Shown here: piece by piece, positions 48,924-60,699 of the stretch | Layout of the letters: each line of letters opens with the position of its first letter | Position numbering within the stretch: position 1 is the stretch's first letter | NCBI GenBank assembly: GCA_000146045.2 | Contig: BK006948.2 | Location: 1,024,001 to 1,088,000, forward strand | Length of the DNA: 64,000 nucleotides | Reading direction: 5' to 3' | Origin: TPA_inf: Saccharomyces | Lineage: Eukaryota | Notes under the pieces: model-generated | Databases searched by the model: none | What the model saw: the letters and a program-made list of their open reading frames with translations, nothing else | What the model was told of the DNA's origin: nothing | Program-made: the position numbers and the translations under genes

Positions 48924-50212
48924 ATTAATTTTCAGCTGTTATTTTGATTTGATTAGCGTTGCAATACTTGTAAATTGTTCCTGCTTAAAATGAATAAAAA
49001 AAGCACAATACAAGAATATGCATATTTTACGTAAATGATATATTAACTAAACTTTCCTCAGCAAGAACTCATTAAAAAAGACTCAATTTTGTGCCCTTTT
49101 ATATGTTCTTTTTTTCAATGATTGACAGTGCAGAGTGATTTCTCCAACTTTTAGTTAACAGTGAATAATCCAAGAATAGTATATTCCGCATAACATCAAA
49201 ATAGTTTTATTACTGGCATGTCTTTTTCATTCGGAGTTCTAGTATCGGTGCCTTCCTAGTAAGGAAATTCCCGATTATAAGGGAAAAAAAGAAAAGGGAT
49301 AAGCCGCTTGGGCTGTTGGTCCAAACAGAATGTTTTAAACCATAGCCAAACAAGTGCAAAATAGAAAAGTTGGGGTTAAAACTCTCTTTCAAGCCTATCC
49401 TCGAGTGGTGACAAAATAGGTAATTTCCGACACTTTTTTCTGCTACTAAGCACCGTGAAAAGAGAACGTTTCGAGAGTACATTTCGTACTGAATGTTGTA
49501 TAAACTCTATGCTTCTAAAGATTTATCCAAACCGTTGGAGCTTTCCCTTTATTTCTACATAGGTTTCGAAAACGGTCTCCTACGGAGCTTCTCCTTTTAT
49601 GGCGATCTGTTTTTAAAGTGTTTTTTAGAAAACCATTAAACTCGAGGCTTGGTTTATTTTTGCCTTCGAGATAATTTTCTCTTTTCCTAAGAAATTTATG
49701 TTACGCCAACAAAGACAACTAATAAGGTCTCAGTTCCTCTTGATCGTTAGCGATAATGCTTTTTTTTTGCACTTGCGGAGTGTAAATATCTATAGAAAAA
49801 TAAACCACTTGAACAAGGGGAGCTTCAAGAACCTTTATGCATATTATCGAAATTTTTAGAGAAAGGTTCACGATTCAAGCTTTGTTTACCAATGTGATGT
49901 ATTACAGTGTTCATGTCACTTGCATTGACATTGTCTTTACACCACATTAAACACAAGTTAACAACCGTTCTCCGGGCAAAGCGAGACGATGCAGTAATCA
50001 GCGGCAATGAACTACGTATGTAAAAAAAAGATCGGGGTGTAAAAATTCTATGCCAAGAAAAAAATTAAAAACAAAATAAAAAAAAAAAGAAACTTGCGGC
50101 TCTTCACTCTTAAAAGACAAAAAGTATTAGGATGATAAAAAAAATTCATAAAAAAAAAAAATTCTATGGCCTCAGTTCTCGAAGAGCCCATTTATAATTG
50201 TTTACATAAATA

Positions 50213-52087
50213 ATGAGATTCCACCGTCAAGGTACCGCAGCCACCGTAGGCGTACTGCTCATTGTGCTGCTTGGTTTCTGTTGGAAATTATCTGAATCTT
50301 ATGGCATAGTGTCAACTGCCCTACCACACAAGCAACCTGCAACCAAAATCACAGACACACCTTCTATACGATGGGATAATTACCATGAGTTTGTCAGAGA
50401 CATTGATTTTGATAACAGCACGGCTATCTTTAATTCCATTCGAGCTGCTTTAAGACAGTCTCCATCGGATATACATCCTGTCGGAGTATCTTATTTTCCC
50501 GCTGTAATTCCCAAAGGAACTTTAATGTACCATGCCGGATCAAAAGTGCCAACTACCTTCGAATGGCTGGCTATGGACCACGAATTCAGCTACTCTTTCG
50601 GCTTGAGGTCACCATCCTATGGGAGAAAATCTTTGGAAAGAAGGCATGGGAGGTTCGGCAATGGCACCCATGGTGATCATCCAAAAGGGCCACCACCACC
50701 ACCACCACCAGACGAAAAAGATCGAGGTTCACAAAAAATGCTTACCTATAGAGCAGCACGGGACCTCAACAAATTTCTCTATCTTGATGGGGCTTCTGCT
50801 GCAAAAACTGACTCAGGAGAGATGGACACGCAGCTAATGTTGTCAAATGTTATTAAAGAGAAATTGAACCTTACAGATGATGGTGAAAACGAACGAATGG
50901 CCGAACGACTCTACGCTGCTAGAATATGCAAATGGGGGAAGCCATTCGGGCTTGACGGAATTATCAGGGTAGAGGTTGGCTTTGAGGTCGTTTTGTGTGA
51001 TTTTTCGGCTGATAACGTCGAACTTGTTTCAATGTTAGAAATGGTCCAGCCTAACCAGTACCTAGGCTTACCAGCACCTACCGTTATATCGAAAGAGGAA
51101 GGTTGGCCTCTGGATGAAAATGGAAACCTAGTTGAAGATCAGCTAACAGATGACCAAAAGGCGATTCTGGAAAGAGAAGATGGTTGGGAGAAGACTTTTT
51201 CTAATTTCAACGCAGTTAAGAGCTTCAATCAGTTGAGAGCGGGTACAGCGCATGACAACGGGGAGCATCGAATCCATATCGACTATAGGTACCTAGTGAG
51301 CGGGATAAACAGGACTTACATTGCTCCTGATCCTAACAACAGAAGATTACTCGATGAAGGAATGACATGGGAAAAGCAATTGGACATGGTAGATGACTTA
51401 GAAAAGGCTCTGGAAGTCGGATTTGATGCCACGCAAAGTATGGATTGGCAGTTAGCATTTGATGAGCTTGTCCTTAAATTTGCTCCATTACTAAAATCTG
51501 TTAGTAACATACTGAACAGCAATGGTGATATTAATGAGTCAATTGCCATCAATGCAACAGCACTCACATTGAACTTTTGTTTAAGGTTTGAGCCTGCAAG
51601 CAACAACAGTGATGAATTCGGTAGCGGGAAAGACTTTGCTGTCTACCAATATGTGAGCCCATACCAGGCCTTAAAAACGGATGCAGACTTTTTGATTTGG
51701 TCATCTGCTGTCAGCGTGGTCGGAGAAATTGTTGATGCCATTTATAAAGTGAATGATTTATTGATACCCGAAGTCTACTCTTTTATGACAGATAACACAA
51801 CTTCCAGCGACTTAATAAAGAATGTCGAAACGGCTCGCTCCACTATCGATGGTTTAATTGAATCTCTAGGGTGGATTGAACTAAATTACCGTTGTGAGAG
51901 ACAATGCAATTGGGATGAAGTTTGTTACACTCCTTCCTGGGGCCCATCTCCAATGGGTATGACTGAACCAGGTTCCCACAATGAGGGATTTGGAACCCAC
52001 TTTGATGAATCTCGACAAAGGTTGGTTATTAACAGTAAACTACAGTGTATCAATATAAATGATTTGATGGTTAATCGTAATCATTAG
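50213..52087 (+). CDS. YOR389W: Uncharacterised 624-aa protein with N-terminal signal/anchor and a Pro8 run; member of a subtelomeric family (paralogs on chrXVI-L)
   Basis: Hydrophobic N-terminus TAATVGVLLIVLLGFCW; GPPPPPPPPDEKDRG; no recognisable catalytic motif. Confidence 0.7.
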   Translation: MRFHRQGTAATVGVLLIVLLGFCWKLSESYGIVSTALPHKQPATKITDTPSIRWDNYHEFVRDIDFDNSTAIFNSIRAALRQSPSDIHPVGVSYFPAVIPKGTLMYHAGSKVPTTFEWLAMDHEFSYSFGLRSPSYGRKSLERRHGRFGNGTHGDHPKGPPPPPPPDEKDRGSQKMLTYRAARDLNKFLYLDGASAAKTDSGEMDTQLMLSNVIKEKLNLTDDGENERMAERLYAARICKWGKPFGLDGIIRVEVGFEVVLCDFSADNVELVSMLEMVQPNQYLGLPAPTVISKEEGWPLDENGNLVEDQLTDDQKAILEREDGWEKTFSNFNAVKSFNQLRAGTAHDNGEHRIHIDYRYLVSGINRTYIAPDPNNRRLLDEGMTWEKQLDMVDDLEKALEVGFDATQSMDWQLAFDELVLKFAPLLKSVSNILNSNGDINESIAINATALTLNFCLRFEPASNNSDEFGSGKDFAVYQYVSPYQALKTDADFLIWSSAVSVVGEIVDAIYKVNDLLIPEVYSFMTDNTTSSDLIKNVETARSTIDGLIESLGWIELNYRCERQCNWDEVCYTPSWGPSPMGMTEPGSHNEGFGTHFDESRQRLVINSKLQCININDLMVNRNH

Positions 52088-52783
52088 CGCCTCCTGTGAG
52101 AAGGCCATTGTGGGACAGTATAAAGGGTATGATTTCTAGATAATCTAATAATGATTATGAAGTTTTTGAGATTTGGGGTGATACACATCTATGAATTACT
52201 AAGAGATTTGAGACACAGCGACAGTCATGCCAGCAAGATTTAAGATTTTCTTTATTTAGTGTTTATATACATATCAGATATCTGTTGAGTATTTTCTATT
52301 TTACCAAAAAAAAAAGATATGAAATCAAGATAAAACGTCGTATGAAAGACAAGGGAGCTCAGCAGCAATATCATAAAGTAAAGCAACAGCGCTTGGTTTA
52401 TGTACAATGAACGATCTGAAAATTAGTTGGCAGCGGAGCTACGAATACATGTCAATATTACGTTACGATTGTATAACAGGGGAGGAGAATCGTGCACTTT
52501 GATGGGTATATCGAAAGATGGTGACTATGCTAGAGTCACTGTCAGTGAGGAGTTGCGATGTATGAAAGATTCACTGACATAAAGTGGCGCGATTCATGTA
52601 GAAGTGTAAATCACTTTTGACGCAATGATGGAAGAGATACAGAAGAGATACGGAAAAAATAAAACAAAAAACAACTGAAATAAGTACTAATGGATTATAT
52701 TTATTGCCGCCATTATTATTTAGCCTCTGGTGGCTCAAGAATCTGCAGTTATTTAATTATTTAATCGAGCGTGTAATGCTCTG

Positions 52784-53911
52784 ATGATTTTCAATCCGGT
52801 CATATCAAATCACAAGTTGAGCCATTATATTCATGTTTTTTGTACATTCACCACGTTCTGCATATTAGGTACTGAAACACGTCAGGCTATAACGGCGCTT
52901 TCCACCTACACTCCGGCCTTCGTTACTGCTCCGACCGTTCTCTGGTCTAATTGTTCATCCTGCATGCTAATGGGGATTATGCAATCTTTAAATGCTTACA
53001 CTTGGATGAAAGATCACCAAGTCTTGTTTTTAGGTGTAACTACTGGGTACTGTGGTGCCCTGTCTTCCTTTTCTAGTATGCTGCTAGAGATGTTCGAACA
53101 CTCTACAAACTTAACTAACGGTAATATCGCTAACCACACAAAACTGCCGAACAGAGCTTACGGTATAATGGAGTTTTTATCTGTCTTGCTCGTTCATCTT
53201 ATGGTTTCCATGGGTAGTCTTATTTTCGGTAGGCAACTTGGTAAGGAGGTTATTGTTGCTTATGGATCTAGTTCGTTTTCGAAGCCATATACCCCTCCCT
53301 CAGACACTGTAAAGGAAAATGCTGGTGATGTTGATACACAAGAAATGGAAAAAAATATTCTAGAGTTTAAATTCAAAACTCCAGCACCATTTTTTAAGAA
53401 ATTTTTTGATATTGTGGATAAACTCGCGTATGCACTAGCTTTTCCATTAATTATTTTGTTTGTGGTGCTGTGTGCGTATTATGAGAACTATTCGAGGGGC
53501 AAGTGGACACTACCATGTCTATTTGGAATTTTCGCTGGTTTCCTAAGATATTGGTTGGCAGAAATGTTTAATAAAACAAACAAAAAGTTTCCATTGGGTA
53601 CTTTCTTGGCAAACGTTTTCGCCACTTTATTGATTGGCATATTTACCATGGTGCAACGTGGTAAAAAACACTTTTCTACGGACGTTCCAATTGTGAACTC
53701 GTTGAATTCATGTCATATTGTTTCTGCGTTAATATCCGGATTTTGCGGCACTTTGAGTACCATTAGCACGTTTATCAATGAAGGGTATAAGCTATCATTT
53801 ATTAACATGCTTATTTATTATACTGTTTCGATTGCAATTTCATATTGCTTATTGGTGATAACTCTCGGATCCTATGCTTGGACTAGAGGATTGACCAACC
53901 CGATTTGTTAG
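52784..53911 (+). CDS. FEX1: Fluoride export channel: two tandem CrcB/Fluc-like halves in one 375-aa polypeptide
   Basis: Internal duplication visible (N-half GYCGALSSFSSMLLE versus C-half GFCGTLSTISTFINE); about 8 transmembrane helices. Confidence 0.85.
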   Translation: MIFNPVISNHKLSHYIHVFCTFTTFCILGTETRQAITALSTYTPAFVTAPTVLWSNCSSCMLMGIMQSLNAYTWMKDHQVLFLGVTTGYCGALSSFSSMLLEMFEHSTNLTNGNIANHTKLPNRAYGIMEFLSVLLVHLMVSMGSLIFGRQLGKEVIVAYGSSSFSKPYTPPSDTVKENAGDVDTQEMEKNILEFKFKTPAPFFKKFFDIVDKLAYALAFPLIILFVVLCAYYENYSRGKWTLPCLFGIFAGFLRYWLAEMFNKTNKKFPLGTFLANVFATLLIGIFTMVQRGKKHFSTDVPIVNSLNSCHIVSALISGFCGTLSTISTFINEGYKLSFINMLIYYTVSIAISYCLLVITLGSYAWTRGLTNPIC

Positions 53912-53950
53912 GATCTTTTCTTTATACTTTTCCCTGCATAATCATCCCAC

Positions 53951-53969
53951 TTTTTTTTTTTTTTTTTTT
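53951..53969. repeat. 19-bp dT tract immediately 3' of FEX1
   Basis: Directly visible. Confidence 0.95.
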
Positions 53970-54544
53970 AATTCATTTTCAAGATTTTAGACGTTGTATA
54001 ATACATTTTTACCCACTACTGCGGTTTATTGTAATATTTTGTGAGATTTTATGAATGCGTTCCATCATCTATTTACTACAAAACGATAAATTTCCCCGTT
54101 TTCTTTTACTTTTACTTCATTTAATATAATTCATATTTATTTCCCATGTACCAATTAATTACTCATAAAAAGAACAGAAATAGAAAAAAGTTGTATATAA
54201 CAAGCCAAAAAAAAGAAAAAAAAAGGAAAAAAAAGAAAACACAGCTTATTTCAAATTGCAATCTGCGTATTTCGTAAGTAACGAATGATCTCACAGCATT
54301 GCTTTTTTTTTTTTTTATATATATATGTACATTACCTATGTCACATATGACCATGATGAATACAACACTAAAAACCAAGGCCTACTATTCAATTGTTCTC
54401 TATATGATTTCCATTCTAGCAAAATCGAGTGCTACCGACCTGCCGTTTTCTTTACCTTTCGAACCATTGAGCTGTTAGCCTTCTCTTCACAGAAACTGAA
54501 AGTCATTAAAAGCCTCCCCTTCAACAATTCCCTTGTCTTTTGTT

Positions 54545-55258
54545 TCAGCTATATAATGCGTTTATAGCTCTAATTGTGGTCGAATAGGAAGAATTTGCGT
54601 TAACACCCGTAACTAGCTTTCCATCTGTAATAGAGTAGTCATCCCAGGGATGGATTGGCGCCAAGTACTTGGCTCCATTCTTGTTTGCAACGCGTTCAAC
54701 CGTTGTCAATTTTCTGCTCCTCAAGATGTCGTCAACTCCCAGGGCGATTTCACCCTCGAGTGGGAAACCTGTTATAGCTTTGCCTTCGATTAATGGTCTT
54801 GTTGTTTTGATATCTATTAATCCATCGAAAAGGAGCGGTCCATGACAGATGGCAGCGATCACACCCCCATTGGCATATATCTTGGATGCAATATCTTGCA
54901 GATTTTTAGCTTTGGGATAGTCAAATAGAGCACCATGTCCAGCAGATGCAAAGAATACTTTATAGTCGCTGGCGTTGACTTCATTTGCGGTCTTGATCCT
55001 CGCTAACGCCTTATTGAAGGCGGAATTTTTCGTTTCAAAGTTCATCTTATCTTCGCCACCAATAAAGCTCTTTGGCAAGTAATGTTCATCCCAGCCAAAT
55101 CCACCAGTCTCAGAAACGAAGTCCACTTCGAAACCATGCTTTTCGAATGTATCGAACGATCGCAAAATCTCAACTACAAAAACGCCTGTTTTCGCACCAT
55201 CTTTGTAGAAGGGACCGTGGTATGAAGTAAGAGATATTAGCGCTCTTTTTGGAGTCAT
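54545..55258 (-). CDS. HSP33: DJ-1/PfpI-family (Hsp31-like) glyoxalase/chaperone paralog, 237 aa
   Basis: Protein [30 protein letters not shown]...AAICHGP (nucleophile-elbow Cys); 237 aa. Confidence 0.9.
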
Positions 55259-55403
55259 TGCAAGGCCAGTTTTCTTTTTGAATGAAGGAGAAAAGTGTTC
55301 TAGAAATATGTTTTAGTTCTAAGTATCGTTGTCTGGAGCAAGCAAAGAAAAGCAGACCTGTATGTGCAACTTTCCTGTTTTCCATTAAAATCTCAAGAAC
55401 CGA

Positions 55404-55449
55404 CCCCTTGACTGTGCTCATATATCAAGTATCGGTTTTAAAGTCCCCT
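55404..55449 (-). promoter_or_regulatory. Two STREs (AGGGG in gene orientation; CCCCT on the plus strand at 55404-55408 and 55445-55449), 146 and 187 bp upstream of HSP33
   Basis: Pentamers read directly in cgaCCCCTtg and gtCCCCTaat; the Hsp31 family is Msn2/4-induced (established knowledge). Confidence 0.5.
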
Positions 55450-56275
55450 AATTGTGATAATTGCAAGAACGACAGTCAGAAAGATATTTTTTTTTTTCTT
55501 TCTCTTTACCTATCCTCCATAAAAATACCTATGCTGATACTGAATATCTTCATTTGCAGCTATGCAATATTTCAGATACCCCATTTTACCCAAGAGTTTC
55601 TTACTGGTGGTTGGATTTTCTTTAAGACGAGAAGATTACCAGTCCTGGATGTTCGTGAATGTGCCTATTGCGTCATCAGCGACTCCGCGCCAAGAAAAGA
55701 AATACTCGCATGCTCGGATTTATAGAATCGCATAATGGAAATACCTTCCTTAAAGGATGGAGATAAGGAAAAAATGACAAGAACAAGGAAGTACTTGGGA
55801 GCTTTCTCCGACATGGTAAATATTTGAAACTCACGCAGCTCTCCTGGAAAGTTGGATCTGGAAAGGTAAGGTTGTTTTTTTTACAGACATCAACCAAAAT
55901 CGGTTCTTGTAGTAGACAATGTCACAGATCGCCACAAGTTGAAAAAAAAGTTTCGATGAACTGGATAAGGGGAGAGGTCACAAACAAAGTGTAGGGGGTG
56001 AGTAGTATAGTGGTAACTTGTTCATTTACCTAAATAACATTCTCACTAGAAAAGAGATATTGAAAGACTCCTCGTTTACCTAACTTGGCTGGTTCTTAGG
56101 TATATAATAGAAACATGGATCTGGCAGGTTATCACTTACAGTTTGCACTCCCACCAGGTTACAATTTTCATTATATATAGTTATTTTTTACCACCACTTC
56201 TTCTTCTTTCACTTTGTCTTGCAATAGAAATACCAAAACAAGGTGAGGAAAAAATCGAATCTCAACGATAAAAAT

Positions 56276-57589
56276 ATGTCCATCACGAAGGTACATGCTA
56301 GAACGGTGTATGATTCTCGCGGCAATCCGACTGTTGAGGTTGAAATTACAACAGAGAATGGTCTCTTCAGAGCGATCGTCCCATCTGGTGCCTCCACCGG
56401 CATTCACGAAGCTGTTGAACTTAGAGACGGGAACAAGTCCGAATGGATGGGAAAAGGGGTGACCAAGGCAGTCAGTAACGTCAATAGTATCATAGGGCCT
56501 GCTTTAATCAAGTCCGAATTATGTGTAACCAATCAGAAGGGCATAGACGAGCTCATGATATCGTTAGACGGAACTTCTAACAAGTCAAGGTTGGGCGCCA
56601 ATGCTATCCTTGGTGTTTCCTTGTGCGTTGCTCGAGCTGCTGCCGCACAAAAGGGAATTACTCTCTACAAGTATATAGCCGAGTTAGCGGATGCTAGACA
56701 GGACCCCTTTGTTATTCCTGTTCCTTTTTTCAATGTTTTGAATGGTGGAGCCCACGCCGGTGGCTCTTTAGCTATGCAAGAATTCAAGATCGCGCCAGTC
56801 GGGGCTCAGAGCTTTGCAGAAGCCATGAGGATGGGTTCGGAAGTTTACCATCATTTGAAGATATTGGCGAAGGAGCAATATGGACCTTCCGCTGGAAATG
56901 TTGGTGACGAGGGTGGAGTTGCCCCCGATATTGACACTGCCGAAGACGCCTTGGACATGATTGTGGAAGCCATTAACATATGCGGTTACGAGGGTAGAGT
57001 GAAAGTAGGAATCGATAGTGCTCCTTCTGTTTTTTATAAGGACGGGAAATACGACCTAAATTTCAAGGAACCGAACTCTGACCCATCTCACTGGCTCAGT
57101 CCAGCCCAGTTAGCAGAATATTACCATTCATTGCTAAAGAAATACCCAATCATTTCCCTGGAAGATCCCTACGCCGAAGATGATTGGTCCTCGTGGTCTG
57201 CCTTCCTAAAGACTGTCAATGTTCAGATTATTGCAGATGACCTGACATGCACCAACAAGACCAGGATCGCCCGTGCTATAGAGGAGAAATGTGCGAATAC
57301 TCTGTTGCTGAAACTCAACCAGATCGGTACTCTGACTGAGTCTATTGAAGCCGCCAATCAGGCTTTCGATGCTGGATGGGGTGTAATGATATCGCATAGA
57401 TCAGGTGAAACCGAAGATCCGTTTATCGCTGATTTGGTCGTTGGTTTAAGATGTGGTCAAATTAAATCGGGCGCTTTGTCGAGATCAGAAAGACTGGCCA
57501 AGTATAATGAACTTTTGCGTATCGAAGAGGAACTGGGGGACGATTGTATATATGCTGGTCATAGGTTTCATGATGGAAACAAACTATAA
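56276..57589 (+). CDS. ERR1: Enolase-related subtelomeric paralog, 437 aa. Start taken at [22 protein letters not shown], 11 codons inside the track ORF.
   Basis: Enolase N- and C-terminal domains; enolase signature [16 protein letters not shown] and [11 protein letters not shown] retained. Confidence 0.9.
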   Translation: MSITKVHARTVYDSRGNPTVEVEITTENGLFRAIVPSGASTGIHEAVELRDGNKSEWMGKGVTKAVSNVNSIIGPALIKSELCVTNQKGIDELMISLDGTSNKSRLGANAILGVSLCVARAAAAQKGITLYKYIAELADARQDPFVIPVPFFNVLNGGAHAGGSLAMQEFKIAPVGAQSFAEAMRMGSEVYHHLKILAKEQYGPSAGNVGDEGGVAPDIDTAEDALDMIVEAINICGYEGRVKVGIDSAPSVFYKDGKYDLNFKEPNSDPSHWLSPAQLAEYYHSLLKKYPIISLEDPYAEDDWSSWSAFLKTVNVQIIADDLTCTNKTRIARAIEEKCANTLLLKLNQIGTLTESIEAANQAFDAGWGVMISHRSGETEDPFIADLVVGLRCGQIKSGALSRSERLAKYNELLRIEEELGDDCIYAGHRFHDGNKL

Positions 57590-57606
57590 AGGATTGTCTT
57601 GTTTCC

Positions 57607-57626
57607 TTTTTTTTTTTTTTTTTTTT
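57607..57626. repeat. 20-bp dT tract 3' of ERR1
   Basis: Directly visible. Confidence 0.95.
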
Positions 57627-58837
57627 GTTTTTTTATGACTAAATAAAGTAAATCATATGAGGTTTTATTTTTTATTTCGTTGATTTGGGTTACAGTATGG
57701 AAATGGGGCATTTGACACAAGTTATTTTATTCATATGTTTTATCTTGTAGGAAATCAAACCGTTTTTAAAGTTTTCCATTGCCTACACACAAAATCATTA
57801 CGAATCTGTCTGAACAAGGGTGGACGTGTGGGGGAAGGCTGTTCCAATCAAGAAATGCTTACAACTCTACTAACACTGCAGTTTTTCAGCTTTCTGATTA
57901 ATCTCTTCGGTTTAAATTTTTTAGCAGCTATTACTTTCTAGTAACCCTTATAACGCGGTTGGTATCAAATCTTCCTGATAGTACAAGCAGACCTTTGACC
58001 CCATTCTTGTTGTGTCTTGAAATCTTTTTTTCTGACAAAAGTAAGAAGTTACACCATAATAGAGAAGTTAAATAATGAAAGTGTATCGATCATAGAAATG
58101 ATTTTATTTTTTTCAACTACTGTTACGGTCAAGAAACTAATACTGAGGATAAGTTTTCGCAACAATGATTTTGGTACAAGTGATTTAAAGTCTTGAATTA
58201 CTTCAACACAATTTGCTTTGCGACGGTTTAGAATAACGTAATCGTATCAACGAATCCACTAGGCGCGCGTAAAAATTACAGACTCTAACAATATACGACT
58301 CCCAGCACATACCTACTATTCTGTACAATTCCGGGAAATAGGAGGGTACAGTATTATTTTTTCTCGGCGATCGTTTAGGGTATACTGGAGATAGGCTTAG
58401 CAATACGCTTCTGAACGAGGATCTATAGCAACTAAATTCAGACATTCTGCTATACCAAAAAAGGAAGTATCACAGGCACGGAAAAGGGTTTTATAAGGCA
58501 CCTCGGCACCCCTATAACTGGCATTCTCACATTCGGCGCATACGAATAGACAAAGGCCCCAGAAAACAATACCTTCGCATACAGAATCTATAAAGATGCA
58601 TGCCTCGTTTAAAAACAAAAACATCTTCATAGTGATCATGAAGTTGTGGGAAAGATGAGATATGGAGAATATGTGAAGTGCTAAAGGAGCATCTGTTAAC
58701 GAATCGTTTAAGTGGTGATGACCAATGAAGGAATAGGTATAAATAGAGATACTTCAACTATATGCCTTCGAGAATATGTCTTTATTCATTTCTTTCCTGT
58801 TAAGCTTATATCAGCACTAACAAACAAAACAAATACA

Positions 58838-59212
58838 ATGGTCAAATTAACTTCAATCGCTGCTGGTGTTGCCGCTATCGCTGCCGGTGTTGCCGCTGCT
58901 CCAGCCACTACCACTCTATCTCCATCTGACGAAAGAGTCAACTTGGTCGAATTGGGTGTTTACGTCTCCGATATCAGAGCTCATTTGGCTCAATACTACT
59001 TGTTTCAAGCAGCTCATCCAACAGAGACCTACCCAGTTGAGATTGCTGAAGCTGTTTTCAACTATGGTGACTTCACCACCATGTTGACTGGTATTCCAGC
59101 TGAACAAGTCACCAGAGTCATCACTGGTGTCCCATGGTACTCTACCAGATTGAGACCGGCTATCTCCAGTGCTCTATCTAAGGACGGTATCTACACTGCT
59201 ATTCCAAAATAG
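58838..59212 (+). CDS. PAU21: Seripauperin (PAU/TIR family), 124 aa. Start taken at [10 protein letters not shown], within a longer track ORF.
   Basis: Protein [124 protein letters not shown] is a canonical PAU sequence. Confidence 0.9.
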   Translation: MVKLTSIAAGVAAIAAGVAAAPATTTLSPSDERVNLVELGVYVSDIRAHLAQYYLFQAAHPTETYPVEIAEAVFNYGDFTTMLTGIPAEQVTRVITGVPWYSTRLRPAISSALSKDGIYTAIPK

Positions 59213-59589
59213 AGAGAAGCTTTTACGAACGAAATTCCATAGACATTAAAAAGTAAAGAAAATGAAATAAAATATGTTATTCTATTGATATAAATACAAT
59301 TTCTCATATGTAAATGTATATTAATATGACAACTCATTTTTGATCAATAACAGTGTTTGTGGAGTATTTTCTCAATACAATAAACCCAAAATAGAAACTT
59401 CTCTTTTGCGTCACTGTTCTGGAAAAGGGTGCATGGTAATAAAGCTAATAGGGTATGTCCAATAAGCAATACTGAACTTGGAAATGTGCGGCTTCGCAGC
59501 CTTTTGTCTTTCTATAAAAATGTGTCGTTCCTTTTTTTCATTTTTTGGCGCGTCGCCTCGGGGTCGTTTATAGAATATGCGTCACTTTT

Positions 59590-60650
59590 AAAAATAAGAT
59601 TGCAGATCAGGGCAAAACAAGTAGCAAGTCATAGCAAGAGACCCTGATTTTTGTGACATAAATATTATTATTTCTTTGTTAGGTTAGTTTTTTATGTAAC
59701 TGTAACTGGAATAGAGTTGAGGGGATAGCGCCCACATGTGTGTGAGCCACTACCGTATTATTGCTCGGTGAATAAAGAGTGTCACAACAATGGGATGACA
59801 TAATATTCTAATGTGAAGTCTGTGTAAGTACGAAATATTCTGAAGTGGCATCCGTTCAAGCAAATGGGAATATTAAGGAACTTTTACGTTAATGACGTCA
59901 TGGTAGTGCTCGTACTTCAAGTCAATATGTTTATGTATTATTGTTGAAGAATGGAATATTTTTATGTTTAGGTGATTTTGATGGTGATTTTTTGGTTATA
60001 TTAACATAAGTGTATATAAATTAAGTGGTTAGTATACGGTGTAAAAGTGGTATAACGTATGTATTAAGAGCAGTTATACAATATTTGGGGCCGCCGAATG
60101 AGATATAGATATTAAAATGTGGATAATCGTGGGAGTTATGCGTAAATGGCACAGGGTATAGACCGCTGAGGCAAGTGCCGTTAATAATGATGTGAGTGCA
60201 TTTAGTACTGATGAAGTGAGAGATGGGCCATGGAGTGGAATGTGAGAGTAGGGTAACTTGAGATGATATATACTGTAGCATCCGTGTGCCTATGCCATAT
60301 CAGTATACAAGTGAGGGTGGATACGGCATGTGGTGGTAGGGTAAGTATATGTGTATTATTTACGATCATTTGTTAACGTTTCAACATGGTGGGTAGAACA
60401 ACAGTATGGTGAGTAGCGGATGATGGATGGTAGGGTAATAGTAGGGTAAGTGGTGGTGGAGTTGGATATGGGTAATTGGAGGGTAACGGTTATGATGGGC
60501 GGTGGATGGTAGTAGTAAGTAGAGAGATGGATGGTGGTTGGGAGTGGTATGGTTGAGTGAGACAGGGTAACGAGTGGAGAGGTAGGGTAATGGAGGGTAA
60601 GTTGAGAGACAGGTTCATCATATATATGTCACTGTATTGCATGCTGGATG
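59590..60650. repeat. Subtelomeric X element: core X at ~59.6-60.1 kb carrying an ARS consensus, followed at ~60.3-60.62 kb by combinatorial subtelomeric repeats rich in TAGGGTAA / GGAGGGTAA (Tbf1-type, ARCCCTA on the opposite strand). Boundaries approximate.
   Basis: Position between PAU21 and the Y' element; ACS at 59960-59970; at least six TAGGGTAA-like units visible between 60325 and 60600. Confidence 0.6.
59960..59970 (+). other. ARS consensus sequence TTTTTATGTTTA, a perfect WTTTAYRTTTW match, within core X
   Basis: 11/11 match read directly; core X elements are known to carry an ACS. Confidence 0.55.
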
Positions 60651-60699
60651 GTGTTAGACAAGGCCGTAGGGACATATAGCATCTAGGAAGTAACCTTGT

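Noticed and set aside
58712-58837. 42-codon upstream extension of the PAU21 ORF
   Set aside because: PAU proteins start with [10 protein letters not shown] signal peptide; the extension lacks signal-peptide character and would bury the signal sequence.
60300-60620. Possible internal telomeric TG1-3 tract between X and Y'
   Set aside because: The G-rich sequence here consists of TAGGGTAA / GGTGGT subtelomeric repeat units, not irregular TG1-3; no stretch matching (TG)1-6TG2-3 was seen.
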